From a virus: a stretch of DNA of 64,000 nt. The stretch lies in IMG/VR virus record IMGVR_UViG_3300029258_005088; one strand, written 5' to 3'. The notes beneath the pieces were generated by a model. It was not told the DNA's origin. It was given only the letters and a program-made list of their open reading frames with translations, and searched no databases. How positions within the stretch are numbered: the stretch's first letter is position 1; every line of letters begins with the position of its first letter. Position numbers and translations under genes: made by a program. This document shows, one piece after another, positions 1 through 7,584 of this stretch.

Positions 1-2414
1 ACGTAAGGGAGTACGCCGTCCCATTCCGGATCAGTCGTCGTCGCACAATTCTCGTTGCACACCACAAGACCATCGAAATACCCGGCGATCTTGTAATCAC
101 CTGTAAGTCCTGTCGGGCATGACGCCGGCACTGGACCTTGGTCGAATCCGGAGGACTCTTCCTCTGGGATAGCGGAACTGGTCTCCATGGCGGAGCTTCC
201 GCAAGGAACGCATGCTAAATTGATTTCCTGAGAGGATGGTGCGGCGGAAGACGCTACCACGGGTGGTAGAGGTTGCTCGCTGGCTTCTTTGCTCGAGAAT
301 TCCTGACCAAGGCTGGACACTTCCTGAGCCGAAGACACTTCCTGAGCGGAGGATTCTCCGGAGACCTCGGAACTGATATCCGGAGTGACCGATGAAACTT
401 CCTGATCCGAGCTGACCTCTACGGAAGAGCACTTAACAATAGTAAGCTCATCGACAGTATCCGCACAGCCGCTAATACGAGTATATACTCCCTCCGGCGT
501 GTCTCCGCTTTCTTTGATGCCTTCCCATATCACCACATCCCCTATACCGTCGTAACATTGAACTATAACATACCATCTGGATAATACGGTTTGCAGAGAA
601 ATGTAGTTCGCTGTGTCGCCTGAAAATACCTTTCCGTTGATTCTATCATCTAAGGGAGCTGTCCAGTTACACGCAGATTCGTATGTGAAATTACCATTCC
701 AGATTGACCCAGAGGCCGCATTTGTACATTCTGAACATGCTGCTAAAAACCCATCCGTGTAATTTTCAATGCAATAATCCCCGGTCAGACCAGGAGGACA
801 CGTCGTCGGAACAGGTATCAATGACTCGCTCTGCGTAGAGGATATCTCCTGGGTCAGACTGGATACCGCCTGATCCGAGCTTATAGCCTGTGCCGAGGAA
901 ATCTCCTGTGCGGAGGACACCTCTTGCAGAGGACTCGGGTCTCCGGGATCAGACGGGAACTGCGACGGATCTCCCGCGCTAGGAGCTACCGCGCTCGGAG
1001 CCTCGTCACAACTGAGAGTCACCACGGCTTCTCCGGAGCACTCGGATCCGGACTTCGTCCACGTATTTGTGGCGAATACGGCGTTTATCTCCCACTCGCC
1101 GTTGTTCCACAGTATCCAGACGTCGTCCGGGCCGCCTTGCCGATTATCCCACCAGCAAGGGCCTTGGACGGGATTCCAATAGACTGGGTGCTTCTTGTTT
1201 ATTCCTGCATAATTGGTGACTCCAGATATCTCTACGCAGAGCGTATCCGGAATCTTGGGGAAACAACTGTTGCACGCATTGGACGCGTCTCCATGAATCT
1301 CCGAGGGGGCTTCAAAATCGGATACCGTGCTGGACACTTCCTGTTCCGATGAGACGATCTGGGCCTGAGAAGGCTCTTGGTACGGCGAAGGCTCCTGGTA
1401 CGATGATTCCTGTATGGATGAGATCTCCTGTGCGGAGGACGGGTAAATACCGGTACAATCAGCGCAGTTGTCGTAGGTCTGCTGAACGGTTATGGCGCTT
1501 CCGACGTAGTACGACTCCTCGCACACCACCTTGCACACGATCCTGTAACACCTATCGATGAACGTAGGCTTGATGATCTTGCCCTCTGCGAATTCCGTGG
1601 ATAGATCGTTGGTTACCACGAGATCCGTATCCGTGAATACCTCGCACTTGTCCTCGTCGCCGACCGTTACGACTGCGGACTCGCCTCCTCCGGAATACAG
1701 GCCAGTGGGATCGCACGGATCCGTGCCTCCGGTCATCAAGGACCCGAAATTGACGGTCATCTTCCATTCTTCGTCGAACTCGTCCCAGTAACAGTCGACC
1801 TCACTCAGTCCTTTGTTGAAGGCCGATACGTCCCAGTACCTGTAAGAATACTGAGCATTCCATAGTATGTCGTACTCGTCCGGAGAGGCAGATCCTCCGC
1901 CACCACCATCATGGGATACGTGTATCATCTCGGGTATGATCGACGGAGTGTCGCAATCAGGCTGCCAGCTCATTCTCTGTATCTCCTGCTGGCAGGGGCG
2001 TAGTAGATAACAGTTTCTATTATCGATGGAGGATCCTTCTTCACTGGACGCGGACGGATACTGCAATGCGCTGGGCGCCTCGGATGGTGCGGAGGGCAAT
2101 TCCGATGGTGCGGGGGGCAATTCCGATGGTGCGGAAGGTACCTCGGACGCAGCGGATACAACGGACAATGATTCATCCGAGCTGAGCACTACGCTGGATA
2201 TCTCCGAAGATACGGAGCTATCGGAAGATACGGAGCTATCGGATGAAGACTCGGATATGGATGAGGACGAGGTTTCGCAGGCCTCGCAGTCAGGATAGAT
2301 GCCGTCGACGTCTTCGTGGCTCACAGGATCGGAGACATAGCCCGCGAACTCATAGCAGACGCCATCGATCTTGATGACTTCTCCGATCTTTCCTGGTAAT
2401 ATTACTTCCGACAT
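1..2414 (-). CDS. Large Ser/Glu-rich, Cys-rich modular virion/fibre protein, 3'-truncated by the window edge (>804 aa; absent from the ORF track)
   Basis: Hand translation from ATG at 2414 (MSEVILPGKIGEVIKIDGVCYEFAGY...) stays open to position 1. EISS/EVSS tracts alternate with Cys modules; the module CPxGLTGDYxIxxYxDG...C..C.......W[ND]G occurs twice. Confidence 0.9.
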   Translation of the reverse strand, partial: MSEVILPGKIGEVIKIDGVCYEFAGYVSDPVSHEDVDGIYPDCEACETSSSSISESSSDSSVSSDSSVSSEISSVVLSSDESLSVVSAASEVPSAPSELPPAPSELPSAPSEAPSALQYPSASSEEGSSIDNRNCYLLRPCQQEIQRMSWQPDCDTPSIIPEMIHVSHDGGGGGSASPDEYDILWNAQYSYRYWDVSAFNKGLSEVDCYWDEFDEEWKMTVNFGSLMTGGTDPCDPTGLYSGGGESAVVTVGDEDKCEVFTDTDLVVTNDLSTEFAEGKIIKPTFIDRCYRIVCKVVCEESYYVGSAITVQQTYDNCADCTGIYPSSAQEISSIQESSYQEPSPYQEPSQAQIVSSEQEVSSTVSDFEAPSEIHGDASNACNSCFPKIPDTLCVEISGVTNYAGINKKHPVYWNPVQGPCWWDNRQGGPDDVWILWNNGEWEINAVFATNTWTKSGSECSGEAVVTLSCDEAPSAVAPSAGDPSQFPSDPGDPSPLQEVSSAQEISSAQAISSDQAVSSLTQEISSTQSESLIPVPTTCPPGLTGDYCIENYTDGFLAACSECTNAASGSIWNGNFTYESACNWTAPLDDRINGKVFSGDTANYISLQTVLSRWYVIVQCYDGIGDVVIWEGIKESGDTPEGVYTRISGCADTVDELTIVKCSSVEVSSDQEVSSVTPDISSEVSGESSAQEVSSAQEVSSLGQEFSSKEASEQPLPPVVASSAAPSSQEINLACVPCGSSAMETSSAIPEEESSGFDQGPVPASCPTGLTGDYKIAGYFDGLVVCNENCATTTDPEWDGVLPY
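2081..2138 (-). repeat. 21-bp coding tandem repeat, about 2.7 copies (encodes (P/S)APSELP)
   Basis: c[c/g]gatggtgcgg[a/g]gggcaatt repeated in tandem. Confidence 0.85.
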
Positions 2415-2449
2415 CTGCTTATCCTACCATATAATAAAGTCATTTACAA
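2415..2449 (-). promoter_or_regulatory. Sigma70-like promoter with extended -10, possibly giving a leaderless mRNA
   Basis: Minus strand reads TTGTAA (2449-2444), 17 nt ending in TGG, then TAGGAT (2426-2421), in an AT-rich intergenic gap. The ATG A (2414) is 7 nt after the -10. TAGGA could instead be the SD. Confidence 0.55.
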
Positions 2450-2455
2450 CGTATC

Positions 2456-3733
2456 CTATCCGCCTCCCGTTTCCGAGGACCCGGACGAAGAAGGCTGAGG
2501 TCCGCAGGGTTGCGGGCAGTTTTCATATCGATAATCATCAGGCGCTATCAAAGTTATTCCCTTCACCTGAGCATATAGGCTAAGCGACGTATTTATGCTC
2601 GTAGCCGGAGGTATGCAGTCGAAGAGCTTCAGACCTTCTACTTCGTTGCAGCAGTAGTAGTTCGTCTCGCTTCCCGCCGGGGCCCCGTTACAGTCTGACG
2701 CTACATAGAAGGTCAGCTCCACTCTATAGCATTCGCCCGGCTGGCATGTGGGCTCGTACGCGGACGGTCCCTGGGACGTTTCCGAGAACAGACTCTCAGA
2801 TGCCTCGGACACGGACTCCAGTGAAGAGGACACGGCGGATACAGACGATGATACGGACGATTCAGATGATGATACGGACGATTCGGATCCTGAAGACGAG
2901 CTGGTGCCGCATTCCACGTACAGAGCGTGGTTGTCCGGAGGCGTAGGCGGCTGCTGTCCGCTACCCGTTCCGCTTGATACGACCTGAATCTCAATATCGG
3001 ACGAGCTGGCTCCTTGAGGACCTCCTCCGGGCACCGTGCTTGATCTGGAGCCTGTCTGCTGAGATGATTCTTCCTCGGACAAAAACTCGCTGGAGGATCC
3101 CAATGTCAGAGACTCTAGGGAAGACTCACCAAGAGACTCTTCGGACAAGGAAGAAGATACGATAGGTTCCTCCAGAGACACCTCGGAAGACTCTTCGGAC
3201 AAGGAAGACGATGATCCTGAAGGAGGAAGCCCCTCACAACATACAACGCCTCTGACAAGGACCTGGGCCGTTGGAAGACCTGCATTCACTACGCCCAGTA
3301 CCTGGAACGCCACGGGCATGTCCTTACACACAGCTGTCTCGTACGCGGTACAGGCCAGGATGGCCCTTTCATCAAGACATGCCTCGTTCTGCTGTACTCC
3401 TAGTACGAATCTGCCTTCTATGGCGTTGTTGACCGTATCCCTGGGGAAGCCGTCATCTCCGGGAAATCCTCGTTCTTCACTCACCCCTATGAGGTTGGTG
3501 TACTTCCACAGATAATCGGGACAACCGGGAAGGCAGCAAGGACAATCCACGTCCAGGCCGTCCGGTCCTTTCGGTCCCTGCGGTCCGGGAGGACAGTTGG
3601 GAGGACACGGAGCAAGCCTGGCCGGCGCTCTCTTGAGACCTGCAGGAGGCGGTGCAAGAGCGCCACCGGCGGCTCTGGCCTTACCAGGCGCCGGTGCGGG
3701 ATCTCTCTTCTTGTTTACCTTTGGTGCAGGCAT
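2456..3733 (-). CDS. Basic Pro/Cys/collagen-like N-terminus + small beta module + Ser/Glu tracts + Cys-rich C-terminal module; probable virion fibre/accessory protein
   Basis: 425 aa; CPPNCPPGPQGPKGPDGLDVDCPCC; SSEE tracts; TAATG coupling to the upstream poly-Hint gene at 3733. Confidence 0.85.
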   Translation of the reverse strand: MPAPKVNKKRDPAPAPGKARAAGGALAPPPAGLKRAPARLAPCPPNCPPGPQGPKGPDGLDVDCPCCLPGCPDYLWKYTNLIGVSEERGFPGDDGFPRDTVNNAIEGRFVLGVQQNEACLDERAILACTAYETAVCKDMPVAFQVLGVVNAGLPTAQVLVRGVVCCEGLPPSGSSSSLSEESSEVSLEEPIVSSSLSEESLGESSLESLTLGSSSEFLSEEESSQQTGSRSSTVPGGGPQGASSSDIEIQVVSSGTGSGQQPPTPPDNHALYVECGTSSSSGSESSVSSSESSVSSSVSAVSSSLESVSEASESLFSETSQGPSAYEPTCQPGECYRVELTFYVASDCNGAPAGSETNYYCCNEVEGLKLFDCIPPATSINTSLSLYAQVKGITLIAPDDYRYENCPQPCGPQPSSSGSSETGGG

Positions 3734-6700
3734 TACGGCAAATTATCGCACTCCTCTGCGCATAGATTCACGTTACCGTCCAGTCCCGGAGGCCCTACAG
3801 GTCCCGGAGGTCCAGGACAACATGGTCTCGGAGGACACGGCGGCGGAGGCGGCGGTGGGGGAGGCGGAGGCGGCGGTGGGGGAGGCGGATCGCTTGGCGG
3901 AGGCGTCCTGTTGTGAGCCAACAGGCCATTCGCGAAGTACGTATGGCTATGCTCGATTCCCCACAGGTTGTAGACCTGTATCTCGCCTTCGACGTAATCC
4001 CAACCAGTGATCTTCAGCCAATTGCCTTTGTCGGTACGTACGCTGTCGCCTATGGCTATCTGTCCGACGTGCTTGAGGTAAGGATACGCCTTCTTCGTCA
4101 TGTCCGGCTCCAAAGAGCACCACAGCAATCTACCGTAGGACTTCGAAACCCACAGAGGATGTTCGTCGGTCAGCTTCAAGCAGCCGTCTTCGCCGAACCA
4201 CAGGTTGTAGTAACCCTCGCGCACCGGAGTCTGTATCTCCAATACCTTCTGGCCGGCAACGGTGTCTTCACGCTCGTTCCACGAAAGCACCAGATCTCCG
4301 ACTTCGACGTCCTCGATGTTCTTCGTGCTTCCGTCTGGAAGAGTAATCGGAGTGCCTGCCAGGAAGCAGGAGCGGTTATGTGCCAGGATCCTGTTGGCGA
4401 AGTACGTATGTGTATCCTTGACGCTGGAGAGATTGAACGTCTGGATCTCTCCTTCGACGTACTCCCATTTCACGATCGTACCGTTTTCGCCGCTGTCCAT
4501 GAAGATCTGATCCATCGCGGCCAGTTGCCTTACGCCCTTCAGATAGGGGTAGAACTCGGCCGTCATCTCGGGATCGATCGACGCCCAGTAGTCTTCTCCG
4601 TCTTGCTTGTGCACACGCAGGGGATGTTCCGCCGTTACGTTAAGGACCTGCTTCACGTCGTTGTCGTCGATGAAGAACATCCTGTAGTACCCTTCGCGGA
4701 GAGGTGCCTCTATGGCCGTAACCAACGCAGGCTTGATCTCGTCGTCGCTCCAGCTGAGGACCTCTTCCCCGGGCATGACGTCCTCGATAAGCTTGTAGGA
4801 GCCGTCCGGAAGAGTGATCATGGTTCCCGGCAGGAAACAGCATTTGTTGTGCACGAGCATCCCATCGGCATAGAACGTATGGGTACCTTCCACGGTGTCT
4901 ACGTTGTAGGTCTGGATCTCTCCGTGAACGAATCCGATGTGCATGACCTGGCACCACCCATTGTTGGCGGTCCTCACCTGGCAGCCTACCGCCAGCCGTC
5001 GAATGTCCTTGAGATGCGGGTACATCTCTCCCGTTCTCTGGGGATTGGCCGAGAACCATCCTTCGACGCCCTCGTCCCTGGCGTATACCGGATGCTCCGG
5101 GGTAAGCTGCAAGATGGTGTCGTCGAACATCGTGATCTTGTTGTAACCATTGGCCAGAGGAGAGGTGACCGTCAGTGCTCGGGCCTTGACCTGCTCTCCG
5201 GTATCCTCGTCCCAGGACAGAAGCTCGTCACCGATCTCGACGTCTTCGATGTTCTTGGAGGATCCGTCGCCCATCAGAACCTTAGTGCCCGGCAGGAAGC
5301 ACTTATTGTGCACCAGAGTCTCGTTGGCGTAGAAAGTCTTCGATGGTTCCACGCCTATGAGATCGAATACCTGAGTCTCTCCTATGATCCTCTTGATGCT
5401 GCGTATGCGTCCACGGGCACCGCTGACGAGCTGTACCTTGTCTCCAACCCGCATGAGCAGTATGTTGCTCAGTTCCGGGTTGAGATGGTAGCTCATGTCG
5501 GGATCCATCGACGCCCAGTACCAGCGACCTTCCTTGCGAACGCGTACGGGATGATCGGCGGTTAGTTCGATCTCGAATGAGTGTCCCTTGCCTGTGTATA
5601 TCTCGAGGAGGACGTGCTCCGAACGCTGTCTTACCTTGATATCGGTGAGCTTGCTGTTCGTCTGCTTGTCACGCATGCAGTTGTAGGACTTGAGAACGTC
5701 GCCTGGCTGAAGCTTTTCGACCTCTTTCTGCGTTCCGTCTGCCATGCTGATCATGGTACCGGCCAGAAAACACCCGCCTTTGTTGTGAACGAGGATGTCA
5801 TCGGCGAAAAACGTCATGGTTTTCGCTATTCTGGCCAGATTATAGGTCTGAATCTCGCCTTCGACCACCTCTATGTCGTTTACGACGAACCATTTGCTGT
5901 CGAAACGGCTATAGAGCTCGTCTCCAACGGCCAAATCAGGCAACATCGTGCCCAAATAAGGGTGATTTTCGAGTGATTTCGCCGAATCTACGGCAATCCA
6001 GCCTTCCCGGCCCTTTTTTCGGCCATACAGAGGGTGATCCGGGGTGACGTGGAGCGTTCTGTCGTCCATTTCGACCCTTGCATACGCCTCTGCGACGGGA
6101 GATTCGACCTGTTTTACCGTATCGACCTCCACTTTTCGGGTGGCTTCGTTGAAAGACAGGATTTTATCGTTGATTTCGACCGTTTCTATGGGTTTTTCGG
6201 TGCCGTCTGCCATCTGAATGCGCGTTCCGGCAAGGAAACAGGCCCCTTTGTTGTGGACCAGGAAGCCGTTGACGTAATAGGTCATAGTCTTCTTCACAGA
6301 CCACAGGTTGTAGGTCTGAATTTCGCCCTCGACGGCCTCGATTTCGGTGATTTTGGCCCTTCCGCCGCATTTCACCAGCATATTTCCGACCTGAAGGAGC
6401 CTGGGACTGCGAATATAGGGGTGTGCCTGCTGTGCGTCGAACGGTTTTACCGCCGCCCACACGACGTCGTCGTTGTGAAGCACCGCCAGAGGGTGTTCTC
6501 CGGTAACCTCTAGGTCTCCGTTGTCTGTTTTGACCCTGAAATAGGATGCATGCGTCGGCGATTCCACGCCGGTAACCGTTCCCGGCTCGTCTTCCTCGGT
6601 AAGTTCGTTGTAGGTAAGGACCTCGTCACCTACCTTCACCTTTTCGATGGGCTTCTCACTGCCATCGGCCATGGTGACGGAGGCTCCTGCAAGGAAGCAC

Positions 6701-7572
6701 CCGCCTTTGTTGTGCACGAGCACGTCATCGGCCAGGAAGTTGTTGTGAGGAGCCACTCCCTTGAGGTTGTAGACCCTGTGTCCGTGCGGCTTGCTTATCC
6801 AGGTGACGGACGTCACGAGCTTGTCTCCGAATATGGTCCTGACACGCATTCCGTCCGTAAGCGCTTTGTCGTCCAGCTCCAGTCCGGGGTTCTCCTCGGC
6901 GCCCTTTTCCGGACTGACGCACCGCCAGAGACGGGTACCATCGCCTTCAATGGTCATAACCGGGTGATCGGAGGTAAGCTGCAGACCGCTTCCATCCTCG
7001 AGATGGATCAGAACGAGCTCGTCGGCCTCCAGCGTGTACACGGCCCGTACCTCGGAAGGAGCCCACTGCTCCAGCGACTCGTCCAGTGACATAACCATGT
7101 CTCCCGGCTTCACCTCTTCGATACGGACGTAACCGTGATCGTACATCTTGATGAGAGTACCGGCGGGGAAGCACCCGCCTCCGCCGCCGTTGTGTACTAG
7201 AAGGTTCTGGCGGAAGATGTCCGCCGACTCCACGTCGACGAAGGTGCAGTTCACAGGAGTGTCCGTGACGATCTCCTTGACCGATCCCACTGGGAACCAG
7301 CCTTCCTCGAGATCGTACAGCTCGACGCCTTCGGACAAGCCTCTGTGTAGCTGGATCCAGTTTCCGGCCTTTGCCATGAACTTCGTCACTGACGGGAACA
7401 CGTACTTGTCGTCGATGATGACGAAGTGCGATACAGGCTTCAGCTGGGCCGCCGTGATGACGTCCCTTTCCGGCTCCTGGGCCTTGGTATCGAAGCCCCA
7501 GACCTCTTCACCCTTCCTGGGGTGATCGACTCTTCCCGTTATCTCGGTATACTTTACGATTGGCGTATCCAT
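3733..7572 (-). CDS. Poly-Hint (intein-like/BIL-type) polyprotein: 1 N-truncated + 7 intact Hint domains + polyPro/Cys/collagen tail
   Basis: Seven repeats of CF[LP][AP]G...TxxHP...[YF][ND][LV]...L[VA]HN of 150-156 aa, at 7173-6709, 6699-6250, 6240-5782, 5772-5305, 5301-4846, 4839-4375 and 4368-3910. The first domain (7572-7189) lacks Cys1 but ends LVHN. SD GGGGGAG precedes the ATG. Confidence 0.95.
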   Translation of the reverse strand: MDTPIVKYTEITGRVDHPRKGEEVWGFDTKAQEPERDVITAAQLKPVSHFVIIDDKYVFPSVTKFMAKAGNWIQLHRGLSEGVELYDLEEGWFPVGSVKEIVTDTPVNCTFVDVESADIFRQNLLVHNGGGGGCFPAGTLIKMYDHGYVRIEEVKPGDMVMSLDESLEQWAPSEVRAVYTLEADELVLIHLEDGSGLQLTSDHPVMTIEGDGTRLWRCVSPEKGAEENPGLELDDKALTDGMRVRTIFGDKLVTSVTWISKPHGHRVYNLKGVAPHNNFLADDVLVHNKGGCFLAGASVTMADGSEKPIEKVKVGDEVLTYNELTEEDEPGTVTGVESPTHASYFRVKTDNGDLEVTGEHPLAVLHNDDVVWAAVKPFDAQQAHPYIRSPRLLQVGNMLVKCGGRAKITEIEAVEGEIQTYNLWSVKKTMTYYVNGFLVHNKGACFLAGTRIQMADGTEKPIETVEINDKILSFNEATRKVEVDTVKQVESPVAEAYARVEMDDRTLHVTPDHPLYGRKKGREGWIAVDSAKSLENHPYLGTMLPDLAVGDELYSRFDSKWFVVNDIEVVEGEIQTYNLARIAKTMTFFADDILVHNKGGCFLAGTMISMADGTQKEVEKLQPGDVLKSYNCMRDKQTNSKLTDIKVRQRSEHVLLEIYTGKGHSFEIELTADHPVRVRKEGRWYWASMDPDMSYHLNPELSNILLMRVGDKVQLVSGARGRIRSIKRIIGETQVFDLIGVEPSKTFYANETLVHNKCFLPGTKVLMGDGSSKNIEDVEIGDELLSWDEDTGEQVKARALTVTSPLANGYNKITMFDDTILQLTPEHPVYARDEGVEGWFSANPQRTGEMYPHLKDIRRLAVGCQVRTANNGWCQVMHIGFVHGEIQTYNVDTVEGTHTFYADGMLVHNKCCFLPGTMITLPDGSYKLIEDVMPGEEVLSWSDDEIKPALVTAIEAPLREGYYRMFFIDDNDVKQVLNVTAEHPLRVHKQDGEDYWASIDPEMTAEFYPYLKGVRQLAAMDQIFMDSGENGTIVKWEYVEGEIQTFNLSSVKDTHTYFANRILAHNRSCFLAGTPITLPDGSTKNIEDVEVGDLVLSWNEREDTVAGQKVLEIQTPVREGYYNLWFGEDGCLKLTDEHPLWVSKSYGRLLWCSLEPDMTKKAYPYLKHVGQIAIGDSVRTDKGNWLKITGWDYVEGEIQVYNLWGIEHSHTYFANGLLAHNRTPPPSDPPPPPPPPPPPPPPPPPCPPRPCCPGPPGPVGPPGLDGNVNLCAEECDNLP
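3836..3888 (-). repeat. Polyproline tract (17 consecutive Pro) containing a 21-bp duplication
   Basis: ggcggcggtgggggaggcgga occurs twice, inside the C-terminal tail of the poly-Hint ORF. Confidence 0.9.
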
Positions 7573-7584
7573 GTCGATCTCCCC

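Noticed and set aside
3733-7572. Reading the Hint array as selfish homing inteins inserted in a host protein
   Set aside because: No endonuclease domain, no +1 Cys/Ser/Thr, and the exteins are only 1-5 aa, so there is no conserved host protein to interrupt.
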